From Vicugna vicugna (Eukaryota), in assembly GCA_013265495.1 (NCBI GenBank), contig MU057796.1, forward strand, positions 744,001-808,000: a stretch of DNA of 64,000 nucleotides, written 5' to 3'. Positions 49,230 through 61,905 of the stretch are shown piece by piece. Position numbers and translations under genes: made by a program. Within the stretch, counting starts at the first letter, position 1. The number at the start of each line of letters is the position of its first letter. The notes below the pieces were generated by a model. That model saw only the letters and a list, made by a program, of their open reading frames with translations, did not search any database and was not told where the DNA came from.

Positions 49230-49390
49230 GTGTGTGTGTGCACACATAAAAAATGGTAACTATATAGAGACAATGGATGTGTTAACTAGCTTTTTAGAGT
49301 GAATGCATACATCCAAACATCAAGTTGTACATCTTAAGTATGTACAATTTTTATATGTCAGAGATTTTCCAGTGAAGCTATTTTCTAAAA
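49230..49390 (+). mobile_element. L1M 3'-terminal fragment next to a (TG)n tract
   Basis: AAAATGGTAACTATATAGAGACAATGGATGTGTTAACTAGC...AAACATCAAGTTGTACATCTTAAGTATGTACAATTTTTAT. Confidence 0.65.
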
Positions 49391-49439
49391 AGTGTATGGT
49401 ATGTGTTTTGCAGGAGGATAGGGTGTGAAGGTGATAGAT

Positions 49440-49908
49440 TTTGAAATCTTCACCCTTTGGCCTTAAGGCCCTGATGGTCTGGATTCTGTCTGTCCTTCAG
49501 AATTGCACTGATCTCTCTCTATTGCTGTGGTCCAGCCACGCTGGCCTCCTGTCAGTTTTTCATACACGCCAAGCCCTTCCCTGCCTGATGACTCTTCGGC
49601 TTGCTTTCATTTCTGCCTGGAATCCTCCAGCTCCTTAATGGATGTCGTACTCTCTCCTTCAGGTCCTACTTCAGACGGTGCCTCAAAGACCCTTTCCTTG
49701 CCCTTTACCTCCGTGACCCTTTTTCACACTATTTCATAGGAATACTCACTTTGTAATGATCCTTTTTGTTTACTTACCTTCTTTTAATCTTGAATTTATT
49801 TTTCCATTGTTGTCCATAATGAAGTATAAGCTCTTCGAAGGCAGGCACATTGTCTTTCTCAGTACATATTAGGTACTCAGGAAATATTTGTTGAATGAAT
49901 GAATGCAT
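49440..49908 (+). mobile_element. L2 LINE 3' end
   Basis: TCCAGCCACGCTGGCCTCCT...TCTGCCTGGAAT...TAGGTACTCAGGAAATATTTGTTGAATGAATGAATG. Confidence 0.8.
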
Positions 49909-50107
49909 GGATAATTTCACCAGAATTACAAGCTTTTCTAAAATAGGTGCTTTTGCTTTTCTTTAACTGTTCGATAGAACAGAGGAGTGTCTGTTTCTCC
50001 CCAAGATCTTAGTAGAAAGTCGTTAGCTGCTGCATATTCTTCTGTTACTATAGTATTATTACTCTGGTGTTACTGTAGTTTTACTGCTCCAGTGTTCTAG
50101 CAGGAAC

Positions 50108-50576
50108 TGTGGTGTTTTCTAAGATTAAAAGATAGTTTTTAATGACGGGATTCAGCACACTGACACTCAGATAGGTGAAAGGCAGAACTCTTTGTTACTT
50201 ACACTTCCAAACAAAAGAAAGCTACCAAATCGGGCCAAAGAGGAAATGACACCTGGGGGCAGGGCAGCAGCAGGCTGCAGCCCTAGGAAGTTGAGGTGGG
50301 AATTGGGATGGCAGCTAGGTTTCATGGGCCCTTTGTGGACTGACTGGCTTGAATAGTTTCAGTGGGCTCTGGGGCGTGGGAGTTGTCCCTCGTTGTCTGG
50401 TACCTTGCTCCAGGGCCACGCACAGTGGCTGGAGTATGGGGGACCCATCAGGGGGGTGGTTGGGGTTTTGACTTATCTGTCTTTTTGAAGGGAATTGACC
50501 AGCCCCTAGTCAGGCCCCAAAACGCAGTTAAGATAGTGATTTAAAAAAAACAAAAAACAAAAACCTACCTATTACA
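50108..50576 (-). mobile_element. MER77-like ERVL LTR
   Basis: TTGAATAGTTTCAGTGGGCTCTGGGGCGTGGGAGTTGTCCCTCGTTGTCTGGTACCT motif (recall of the MER77 family); TG...CA ends; direct repeat ACTGTGGTG at 50106-50114 / 50576-50584. Confidence 0.6.
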
Positions 50577-50934
50577 CTGTGGTGCTCATCTGTATATAAC
50601 TGTAGATATCCTTCTGAAATATGTATAAACATTTACTCTTTACCAAACATTTAGAGAAGTGGCATTAAGGAAGTAGTAGTGTTTGTATTAGTTTTGTGAA
50701 TCTGAACATTTCCCTGTTTTTTTGATAGTGTAGCAAATTGCCCTTTAGAAATGAAATTAACATTCTGATTATCATTTTGGCCACATGTGTTCATTAACGC
50801 CCATGACACAGTCTCTCTCACGGGCTCTCTAGCTAGCTCTCTCCTTCCTCTCTTACCCTGTGTGCGTGTGTGTGTGTGTGTGGACACTTGCATGTGAGGT
50901 AAAAGGCAACTGTGAGTGCTTTTGGCTGTGCACT

Positions 50935-51530
50935 TTAAAAAAAATAGATATACTACTTAGATATCATATAATTCACCATTTTAAAGTGTGTCGTTCATGA
51001 GCTTTTAGTATATTCACAAGGCTGTGCAGTCATCACCAGTAGCCAATTTTAGTATGTTTTCCTCACCCTGTAAAGTTCCTGTGAACCCTTCAGCTGTCAC
51101 TTCCTCACTCCCCCACAGCCCTTTCTGTCTCTGTAGTTTTGTCTATTCTGGACATTTCATCTAAATGGAATCCTATTTAGGATTGTCTGTTTCCTTTCAC
51201 TTAACCTAATGTTCTCAATGTCCAGTCATATTTTAAATGTATTAGTATTTCATTCCTTTTTATGACCAAATAACATTCTATTGTGTGACACATCAGTTTG
51301 TGTCAGTTTTGTTTATCTCTTTATCAGTTGATAAACATTTGGGTTTCTGATGTTTGTCTGTTACGAATAATACTGCTATGAACATTAATATGTAAGTTTT
51401 TTTGTGAACATGTTTTTATTTCTCTTGAGTGTTTACCCAGGAATGAACTTACTGGGTCATATAGTAACTATATGCTTAACATTTTGCAGAACTGTCAAAC
51501 TGTTTTCCCAAGTGGTTGCACCATTTATGC
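50935..51530 (-). mobile_element. L1MB-like 3' fragment
   Basis: TTTTAGTATATTCACAAGGCTGTGCAGTCATCACC...TATTCTGGACATTTCAT...CTGGGTCATATAGTAACT. Confidence 0.8.
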
Positions 51531-51729
51531 CTTCTTGATCTATTTATTTTTATTATTATAAAACACTTCATGAGCTCAGCATTTACCCTTTGATCCTAAA
51601 GTATATAATCTTATCCTTATTTTTTACTTCTACCTTAATTAAATACACACACATACATACACACTGACGCACACACACACACTTCTTCTAAAAGAGTAAT
51701 TAAACATCTAAACTTTTCAGCACAGGAGA

Positions 51730-51905
51730 CATGATGTAATGGAAAGCTGCCACACTAGTAGGAGTCGGGAAACCTGAGTTTAATTACAGCTCTATACTAG
51801 TTAGCTGTTTGAATCCAGACCAAGCACTGATCCTGTGTATTTCTCAGTTTCCGTATGTAGAATTGGAGGTCTTGCACTGAACACCTCTAAAACCGCTCTA
51901 GTCTG
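51730..51905 (+). mobile_element. MIR-family SINE
   Basis: GGAGTCGGGAAACCTGAGTT...CTCAGTTTCCGTATGTAGAATTGGAGG. Confidence 0.6.
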
Positions 51906-52903
51906 AACCTGTGATCAAAGCTTTTCCTTTTTCTTTGTCCTTTTGCTGTGACTCTTCTCTGTTGTCCTTAAGCCATTTGTCCTCCTCGACTGGTTCACTG
52001 TTGCCATTAGCACATCCGGCTCACCCCTCCCATCATGGGTTTTACTATCCACAAATACAAAAGAGCCTGTTTCCCACTGCCCTCCTGATGATGTGAATAA
52101 ATTCCAAACGGTGATCAGAAATGGGGCCTCCCAGCAGGGCTTTCGGCTGCTTAGGGAATAGTTAGCCCTGACTTCTGCGAGTAGCCGCTTAGAATTTCCC
52201 AATTCTAGGGAGCCTGTGTGAGAAAAGAAAATTCTGCAGATTTTATCGGTAAGTTTAGTTGTTTTTCAGTCCAAATCTTTGTCCACCTAAGATTGTGGTG
52301 AACATGATTGGATTTCACAAGTCTTATTTGTTGTTGTTGAATTTTAAGCTTCCTTTTTCCTCTGTCACACACACAAAAATGATACTCTTAAATTTGGGGT
52401 ACTGTCATTTTTACAGATTAAATATATAACCTTGAAGACAGGCTATAAAGTATAACTTTTTGTACATTTTAAAGACACTTAATATTGTAAAACTTTGAAT
52501 TTACCTTCTACCATGAAGAATCAAATGACAGACTTCTTTTATATTCTTAAATGTTTGGGAGGATGTATTTTGCTATAGAGAAATTATTATATTGCTCCAT
52601 GGTCTTTGCAGACAGGGTGTTCTTTATCTTTAGTAAGAGAAAATGTCACACAAATATGAAGATAAGCATGAGTAAGAATAGACAGGGTGTTCTTAAGGAT
52701 TTTTCCTGTTACTTATTTATTCATAAGTCTACTTACTTGTTAATTTTAATTATTTTCCTGATAAAGTAATCATCATCAAGTTTATAGTGTCAAAGTTTGA
52801 GATACCAAGCTAGAATTCTAGAAGTGTTCATTCTACCTAGGATCTTTAATAAAATCTGAGAATAATTCTTAGGGCTAAACTAATTCCTTTTAACTGTGTT
52901 ACC

Positions 52904-52905
<2 letters not shown>

Positions 52906-52938
<33 letters not shown>
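52906..52938. repeat. Perfect (TGA)11 microsatellite
   Basis: 33 nt uninterrupted, about 215 nt upstream of exon 10. Confidence 0.95.
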
Positions 52939-52939
<1 letters not shown>

Positions 52940-53154
52940 AGTGTCCAATGTAAGCTTATTAGCCCTGATAGCCTTTATAACACTCATTTGGACAGTCAGC
53001 ATTTGACCTTAATGGGGAAGGCATTCTGGCACAGTCCATTATTCCATTTAAATATGAATAAGACACTAGTTATGCTTCAGATATTCATTGGCAGATATAT
53101 AACAGACAATATAAAGTTTTCATTTGTTTATTTATTTTGTTACATTTGTTCTAG

Positions 53155-53235
53155 GTTGGTTCTTACTTGAAATCTCCAAAATTCCCTATTTGGATTGTTG
53201 GCAGTGAAACTCACCTCACCGTATTTTTTGCCAAG
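53155..53235 (+). CDS. MINDY3: MINDY3 exon 10 (81 nt): VGSYLKSPKFPIWIVGSETHLTVFFAK, contains catalytic His287; the gene continues beyond the window
   Basis: ttctag| acceptor, AAG|GTATGC donor; CAC at 53212-53214 = codon 287; no further exon found up to 64000. Confidence 0.97.
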
Positions 53236-53797
53236 GTATGCTTATAGCAGGATTTTTTTCTTTTAAGTATGACATTAGACAGATAAATAATATAAGTCCA
53301 TATTTAGTTTGAATCTTTGTGCAGACTTCAGTGTATTTCCTCTGACAAATGGATTGTTTCAAAATCTAAAAAATTAATTCTGAAGAACATAACTGTTGTA
53401 TTGCTCTGGTTTGGGGACCATTTTAGTAAAATCTGTCATGATTTAGTTATAATTTCTTTATCTTTTCCAACTTAAGAACTTTAGCTTTTGATTTTTTTTC
53501 AGGAATCTCTTGTGTTATGGTGAAAATAATTGAATTTAAAAGTTTTGGGTTGCTCTTTTGTAGAGAAAATCTTACTTATGTGACAAAATAATTTTAGTTA
53601 TAACATTCTAGGAAAATATTTTTAAAGCTGTTGATAGTTTAGTGATATAGAAGTCAGTTGCTCTTTTAAGATGGAATATTTCCTATAGTTTTAATATATA
53701 TATAGTTACCATATTGAAATAGGTTAAATGCATTTGAATATGTTTATTTTAAAATTCTTAAACTCTAAGTCCCAGCCTTTATAGTAATTCTTTCTCT

Positions 53798-54018
53798 TCG
53801 AGTGGCTAAGAGCATTGAAGCCAGACAGCCTTTATTAGAATCCCAGCCTTGCCACTTCCTAACATCCCTCAGCCTCTTTTCCCATGTCTTTAAAATAGTT
53901 TTAATAATAGCACTTTGCTCTAAGAATTGTCGTCAAGCTTTAATATGAAGCATTTAGCAGTACCTAGTACAAGTTGAATGCCCAGTAAATCTTAGCAGTT
54001 GTCATCATCATCATCATT
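53798..54018 (+). mobile_element. MIR SINE
   Basis: AGTGGCTAAGAGCATTGAAGCCAGACAGCC...GAATCCCAGCCTTGCCACTTCCTA...AAGCATTTAGCAGTACCTAGTACA. Confidence 0.7.
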
Positions 54019-56279
54019 GCCTTTTTCATTTTCCTACATTTATTACATATTTTTGGTATGCCTACACGGAGTAAAAAGAGAAAATATATGTAATTATATT
54101 TTTGAGGTTTCTTAATTCTCTTGCACTTTCCTGCTTACTCAGCATGATTTTTCAGCTTGTATTTGTTAATGTTAAGTTTGTATCTGTAAGAAGTATGAAT
54201 TATATAAATTGTACCAAAGGCTGAACTGACAGTGCTGTTTTTTGGATCTATTATTTATTGCTGTATTTACTTTTATTGTGCTGGCAAATATCCAGCTAGT
54301 GGATATAGTGAAAGATACATACATACCTGTTCCTTAAACAGAAAAAGCTGTAAAATACAACTCTACAGGTACAGACCTTTCTGATTTGTTACATTTCATC
54401 TGACAGCTTTGCTGTTAATTTCCTTCCTGAAGTAGAGAGGAAGAAGTTAAAAGCAAAATGTAAACCAAAGAAACTAAACAACTAATTCCTGAGTGATGAT
54501 TTCATCATTTGACTAATTTTTGTGTCAAGTGTTACAAATTTCCAGAAAAGGAAATCAGTTCCATTTCACATACAGAAATGTATTTTCAATCCAGTTATTA
54601 ATCATTTTTATCACCAATCTTATTCTTTAGCAGTAGGAAAACTAACAAATGCTCTGAAGCTATGTAAGCATCAAATACAAAAGGTAATAAGGTGAAAATA
54701 TTTTAAATCTTAAACTTTATGATTGATACTTGATTAATGAATTTGTTGTCAAAACAGCAGAAGAGATTTCACAGGAGGTTAACACAAAGAACAGTGTCAG
54801 TTGACCTATGTAAACACATACGCTTTGTGTTCAAGCCTTGAAATGTTAGGGATGTTGAAAGAGTCATGGGAGTGAATGAGACCCACCTTTCTGTGAAACA
54901 GGCACTTCTTACTTGCCTGTCCTGGTCTTCTGTGTTGATCCCATAGCCCTTGGCCCATCAGGCTGTTGCATTTACCACACAGTGCACAGTTGCTCCTTCC
55001 CATGCCTTTTTCTGCATGGCAGTGGTCAGCAGTGAGCCTTGTCTGGGGCAGGGACTCTCTCATTCATCTCCTTTTCCATAGACCTCAGCCGCGGGCAGTG
55101 AAATGTTGAATTGGAGCTATGAGGTACATAGAAAAACAAAAACCCCTGCCACACCAGTTGTAAGCCTGACAAAACAACTCAGGGTACACGATGGAAGTCA
55201 GTCAGGGTTTTTAAATCTGTCTTCATTTATTTGCACCCCTGAACTACTACTAATCCTGATAGGAAGGTGCACGCACACGTAAAGTGATCACAGAGACGTT
55301 TGTGCTAGGATATTAGGTTTTTTTTAACTATTATATATAATAACAATCATATGTTTCAAGTATCTTCTCTCTCTTTAAGAGCTCTTAAATTTTATCCTCA
55401 TTATTATTATTCTGTTACTTACTGTTTGCATTTTCCAGATCTGGCATATAGAATGACATAGTGTACGGGTTCGTTAGTTTAATGAATAAAGCCTTTACAC
55501 AAATTTTCCATAGTTGGTTTCCAGTGACATTTATAGCTTCTAAAGATATTTTTTCATGACTCATTCTGAAGCATCTTAAAAGCCTGGGTACTTCCTTTTC
55601 AGTGAAGTTTAGAGCAACTGAATTTGGATTGTTTGAACATGTTATCTTTAAAAAGAGTTGCAGGTAAATAATTTTTTGTTTGAAATAAAGTATTATAAAA
55701 CTGGAAGAACGCAAGTGGTAAATGACTTTGATAATACCTGATAACATTTATTGGGTCCAACTTTAAATTTTTTTCAAGTGAAGTATTTATGTAGTCTTCA
55801 CGGTATGGAAAATACTGTATACATTTTGCTGTTCTTCACATTATGATAGGATCTATTATTTGGTCATTCTTTCTTGAATATTTATATATTAGAGCAAGTA
55901 ATTTTGGCTGTGGGTTTGTTTTTATTATTATTTTTGATTTTTGGTTTATTTGATTTTGGTGGGTTTGTTCACTTTATGTTCCTGGCCCGAAATAAACAAC
56001 ACAGTTTTTTGGGGTTTTTTCCCAACCCTCCTAGGTGCTTAATGTAAATGTTGATACCTTTTTCTATGAAACTGGTGTGTTTGTTTGTCCGTGTATATAT
56101 TTAATGTGCTGACTTCTTTGAGCTGATTATGATAAAGTAAAAACGCATGTTTTAAGGTCACTATTTTCAAGGTAGTCCATAATTCGGCATTGTTAGATGC
56201 CTTTAAAAAGCAGTAGACCTCTTCATGTGTCTTACACACTGGAGGTGATAGTAGTGGCAGCTCCCTTCCTTTAATTTTA

Positions 56280-56960
56280 TACCATTTGTCAAATATTTAC
56301 AGGGTATGTAATATGTGCCTGGTGTTATGCCGAGCTCTGTGAAAACGGTGAGCAAAAAGAGATTAGGCGCCTGGTTTTATGGAGATTTGCATTCTAATGA
56401 GGGAGGCATTAATTAAAGAATCACACTTAGAAAATTACAGCTGTGATGCGTGCTAACAAAGCGTAGGTCTGGAAAGCTATAAGAAAGATTAGGAACATTT
56501 CCATGAAGAACTGATGTCAAAAATGAGCACTGAGGCATCAGTAAGATTAAACAAACAGGAAAAGGAGGAAAAAAGAGCATTCCCTACATAGGAAATAGTT
56601 GGACGAAGTAAACAGCGGTGGAGCAAAGAGCTGTGTGTGAACAAATGAAAGAGAAGAGCAGGAGTCCTGAGAACTGGGGGCGGGGACAGGAGGTCAGAGG
56701 AGGCTCCAAAGGTAGGCAGCCCACACGACTCTCTTCCAAGAGTACTGACTGCCACTAGACTTTAAAAATCCGTGGTGGGAGCAGCTTGGGAGAAGACAGG
56801 AAGGAAAGGAACAAGACTGAAATGGCATTTTGAAAAAATTCACTCTGGGTAATTGGGAAAAACAGACACACTGAAGGATAACCTGGGGAGGGGGTAAACA
56901 AGACGTGTAATTTTCCTGGTAAGCGAAGAATGTAGTTTGGTGCAGGGTAATGATGGTAGA
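56280..56960 (-). mobile_element. L2 LINE fragment
   Basis: CATTTGTCAAATATTTAC...TATGTGCCTGGTGTTATGC terminus and purine-rich antisense L2 body; it appears to continue after the Tigger insertion. Confidence 0.6.
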
Positions 56961-56974
56961 GACGGATAGAAGTA

Positions 56975-57219
56975 CAGTCGACCCTTGAGCAACACGGGTT
57001 GGAACTGAACGGGTCCACTTATACACAAATTTTTTTCAGTAGTAAATACTACATAATCCTGGGTTGGCTGGATCTCTGGTTGCTTGAATGTTTGGATATA
57101 GAACCACAGATAAGGAGGAACCATAGATACATATGGCTGACTCTAAAGTGACATGCAGACTTTCAGCTATACTGAGGGTCAGCGCCCCCATCCCCTGCAT
57201 TGTTCAAGGGTCAGTGGTG
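56975..57219. mobile_element. Tigger2-derived (TcMar-Tigger) MITE
   Basis: TIRs CAGTCGACCCTTGAGCAACACGGG / CCCTGCATTGTTCAAGGGTCA with flanking TA dinucleotides. Confidence 0.85.
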
Positions 57220-58104
57220 TATAAACTCAAGGGATTTATTCCCGAGTTAAACTGACAGGGCTTGGTGAGAGACTGGCTTGGGTAGGTGAGGGGTGAGAAG
57301 TCTAAGGAGGCATATGTTTTTAACATACGATCAGATCTTAGAGACTCGGAAAGAACCCAGCGGCTTTGCTCTTGCTGAATGTACCCCCTGATGATTAAAG
57401 CAATTTCTTTTTCTTTGGGCAAATTGACCAGGTCAAAAGGAGGGATTAAGATACTGCATGCAGTTTGGGATACCTCAGTGGAACCCTGCCAAATAACCCC
57501 ACTGGGAGGTTTATTTATAAGTCCTTCCCACATAGGCAGTGCGTTTTAGTTTCTCAAATATTAGCAGACCACCAAGGATCAGACATCTGATGAATGCTTA
57601 CATGAAGACCAGAAATCAGAGCAAATAGGGGAAAAGGCACTCAAAAAAATAGAGACAGTGTAGGGATAAAAAGAAAACGTCAAAAAAACCCCAAAAACCA
57701 TAAAAGAAATTATATCCACAATACTATGGAGGCTGTGAGAAGAGAACATTTTGATCAACAAAAGAGAAACTGAAAACTTACGAAAAGAATTGAAAGACGC
57801 ACTGGAAAATTCTCTTTCCTAGATCATTGCAATAGCTCCCTAACTAACGACCATGCGGTTGCCCCTGGTGGACCTGTAGTGTCTTCTCAATTCAGCAGCT
57901 CAAATGAGCCCATTAAAATGTAAGTCACTTCATGCCACTGTCCTGCTGAAAACCCTGTCAAATATCGGTATAAAGGATTCCTGCACTCCTTCAGGTCAGC
58001 GTTCAAGGGTCGTCTCCTCAATGAAGCCTTCCCTGGTCGTTGTTTTTTAGGAAAGAAACCCTTTTCATTAACATTCTCCCACTCACTCTCAAAACTAGAT
58101 ATTT

Positions 58105-58985
58105 TTTAATTAAGGTGAAATTCACAGAACAAAATAAGTCATTTTCAAGTGAACAATTGAGTAGCATTTAGTACATTCACAGTGTTGTGTAACCACCACC
58201 TGTGTCTAGTTCCAAAACACATTCATCATCCCAAAGTAAAACTCCATATCCATTCAGCAGTTACTCCCCATTGCTCGTCTCTGGAACCCCAGCAACCACA
58301 GATGTGTTTTCAATCTCTATGACTTTACCTGTACTGGATATTTCCTATAAATGGAATCATACAATATGTGACCTTTCTTGTCTGGATTCTTTCCCTGAGG
58401 ATAATGTTTCTGAGGTTCATCCTCACTGTGGCATGTATCAGTGCTCCATTCCCTTTTCTGGCTAAATGGTATCCCATTGTGCACATGTGACACCGTGTAT
58501 CCACTCCTCGGTGGGCATCTGGCTTGTGTCTACCTCGTGGCTGTTGTGAACAGTGCTGCTGTGAACATTCCTACACAAGCACTTCTGTGAGTCCATTGTC
58601 AGTTCTCTGGGAATTTGGGTATATACCTAGAACTGGAATTGCTGGTGCATACGGCAATTTTATGTTTAACTTTTGGGGGCACTGCCAAGCTGTTTCCATA
58701 GCAACCCCATCATTTTACATTCCCACCAGCAACAAAGAAGGGCTGTCAGATTTCCACATCTTTACCAGCACTTGTTATTGTCCCTTTTTATTATTATTAT
58801 TTTAATTTTTATGATTATAACCATCCTAGTAGGTAGTAAGTGGTCATTGTGGTTTTGATTTACGTTTCCCTAATGACTAATAATGTTGATCATCTTTTTA
58901 TGTGCTTTTGGCCATTTGTATTTAGAGGATTATCTGTTCAGAACCTTTGCCTGTTTTTGAATTGGGTTCTCTTTTTATTGAATCA
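58105..58985 (-). mobile_element. L1MB-like 3' fragment, inside an L2 remnant (~57820-58035 and ~59030-59180)
   Basis: AAGGTGAAATTCACA...GCATTTAGTACATTCACAGTGTTGTGTAACCACCACC...TTTACATTCCCACCAGCAA...GTGGTTTTGATTTACGTTTCCCTAATGACTAAT. Confidence 0.85.
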
Positions 58986-59919
58986 GAAGGTTTCTGGTTC
59001 CTAGGCACATACGGTGTATTTTACTCAATTTGTTTTATATCTTATCTGTCTCATTAGTAAGCTCTGTGGCAGCAGGATTTTTGTCTGTTTTGTCTCCCAC
59101 TGTTTCCTAACACCTAGAACCGTGCCAGGCACGGTGTTCATGCTCTGTACATTTTTGTTGAACAAATGAACAAATAAATTGGCAGAAAACACTGAAGATT
59201 TATTTCACATTGTGATCTAATCGTATTGGTACTTGATAAAGGGGGAAAAGAGGGCTTAAGGGTGCTAAGCTGTCTCTGATCATAAGAATTCAGTAGATCC
59301 CTAAGCTTATAAGTCAAGAAATAATGGTTAATGCATGCAATATCCTACATGGAGACAAAAACAGAAGAACCTGCTTTTACTCTTCTGGCTGATCAACTTA
59401 AATACACATACATACACAAATTATTTCTCCAGATTAGTGAATAAAAACAATTTTGATGAGTATTTATAAATAAGCATTGTCACACTATGTACTCTATCAT
59501 ATTTAAGATTTGTGTTTATGGTTTGAAGATGGACAACAAAATTGTTCCTATTTAGTGAAATAATTTCTTAACTGTATTTTGGTTTTTCCTTTTGAGATGA
59601 ACAGTTTACTTTTAGGACTCTAAGTAATTACATTTTTTTAAAGAGGTTAGTTTGTGATTTTAAATTTGAGTACCAACCTGTTTAATTTTAATAAAATCAT
59701 CTGATATTTGAGATGTTCAGTGGCCCAGGAATTATTTTTATTTCATTAGAATCTTCTTCCCAACCCATGGGGAATCATTTAACACATTTTGTAGGATTGG
59801 AAAAGATTTTCCACAGTTCAATTTTATTTGAAAATCAGTGGTGAAAATAAATTTAATAGTTAACCTTTATGAACAGGTTATGAAACTTCAGATTGATCAT
59901 TTATAACCATCTTTTTTAA

Positions 59920-60042
59920 ACCATCTTTTTATTGAGGTATAGTCAGTTTAAAATGTGACAGTTTCTGGTGTACAACATAATGTTTCAGTCACACATTTAC
60001 ATACATATGTGCCTTTTCGTATTCTTTTTCATTACAGATACA
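59920..60042 (-). mobile_element. Short L1 3'-UTR fragment, same family as 29523-29698
   Basis: TTTTTATTGAGGTATAGTCAGTTTAAAATGTG...TTTCTGGTGTACAACATAATG is the reverse-complement homologue of 29620-29695. Confidence 0.75.
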
Positions 60043-61475
60043 ACCATTATAGATATAACTTCTTTATCTAACCCTCAAGTTTCTCAAATTTAACTTTCCG
60101 CCATGTTTTATAAAATAATCTTACTTTTCTATCCAACATAGACAGGGTCATCTTTATCTCAACTTAACATCTGTGTCTGTGAAACAATAAAAATTATATT
60201 GTGCTCTGATATATCTTAGAGAATGTGGTTGAAAAAAATGTATAAAGCTCTCAGATATAAATTGGAGTTTTATACTTAATATTGAGGGGGGAAAGCACAG
60301 AATCTCACTGCAGGGACCTTTTAGAACTTACTGTCCTCAAGTAGCAGGGTCCCATGGAATCCTGTAATAAGAGGACGTAGGTGAGGTTAAAAGCACTACG
60401 TAAATGGACTTCTTCAAAGAAAGAAACATAATTTCTATTAAACGGGGTGGAGAATTTTCCACGCTGGCCATCTGAGCTATGGCAGAGTAAAACCTTTGGA
60501 TCTGTACAGAGAGGGAGGGGACCCTTTGGGCATGGGCAGTGTTCCCAGACATCTTTCCGTGGTACTTTTGATGAGATTAGTTGAAAACTTGCAAACCTAC
60601 TGCACAAGTAGAAGACATGATTTTGAATTGTAGATGCTTAATGAATTTTAGAACCTATATTTAAACTTATTTATCTGTTTTGAATTGCTTCCTTAAGTTT
60701 TTGAAAAAGAAAAAATATCTACTATTAAAACAAGTCCGTGTAACATTTGTTTTACAATAGGTTAAATCTTTTCTTCTTTTGGGAGCCAGGCCTTTTCATA
60801 CTGAAACATAAGAATATACTTTAAATGCCCAAATATTACCTGATAGAATATTTGGACATTTGTCCTGTTACCTTTTTCTACTCTATCATGTTTCCCTTTG
60901 CCTCTTTGACTTCCTTTTTTATATTTGGGTTCTAAGATTAAATTATTTGGCTCACTTTGATCATTTCTTGCTTGAGTTGGAACTACTTATGACATTAATT
61001 TTCAATGTGAATTCAAGATGAGGGCTTTAAATTTTTAAAATATGATACTTTAATATTTTTAGAATTCTATGTATAAAACTGAGAGAAAAAATAAATTTGT
61101 AGTTTTTGTTCTTTACTGTGCATTTGAATCTCTGGGCTGACAACTGCTGATCCAACATAAAAATAGTTGGAACCTACATGTAACATCTAGTTTCATCTTC
61201 AGATCAGTGACTGATTTCCTTGGTAATCCATTTCAAACTTTCTTTTGAAGTTGGGAAGATGGTTTTACATTCCTCTTTGTTCTCCTTTATGGTCATAAAA
61301 GGACTCTTTCTATGAGTGTCGCCTTTGACCTTTCCTCCGATAAAACAGTTTTCTTTTTACGTAAGAACACATGAAAACGCATTTCTGTTTAAAGGTAAAA
61401 TATATAGAGAAACTGAATTTAGTGTGAAGGAGAAACAAAACATTTAACTGTTTCTGCAGTTAAGCTGACCGTTCT

Positions 61476-61905
61476 TGTTACGGAAATGACAGGCCAGCCA
61501 AGAAACAAGCACCACTCGGAGGGTTGGAGTACTCAGATTTATTACGCCAGCGGGCTTAGAGGGGCTTCTGCTCCGAAGCTCTGAGCACCTCCAAGACGTG
61601 CGCGTGAGGTTTTATAGGGTTAACTACAAGCTTGGGGTATTTGGCCAATAGGCATGGAACAGCTTTAGCAACATCATTATCACAAAAGTAGAGGCAGGGA
61701 GGCAGGAAACCAACATTTCAAGGCCAGATATGTCTCTTTGAAAATCCAGCTGGCTAGCAAAAAAAACATGAACAGGGAATCAGCAAACCAACAATAATTA
61801 ACTCAGATTTACAAGTTAGCCCAGCAGAACTCATCAGTAATCCAACACTTGTTACACTTAGATTTGTGAGTTAGCTTGTTAGCCCAGCTGGGCTTTTCCT
61901 TCACA
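61476..61905 (-). mobile_element. Young ERV1-type solo LTR (430 bp)
   Basis: TG...CA termini, perfect 4-bp TSD TTCT (61472-61475 / 61906-61909). On the minus strand: TATAAAA (61610-61616) then AATAAA (61538-61543); CCAAT at 61645-61649; several CpGs retained. Confidence 0.85.
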
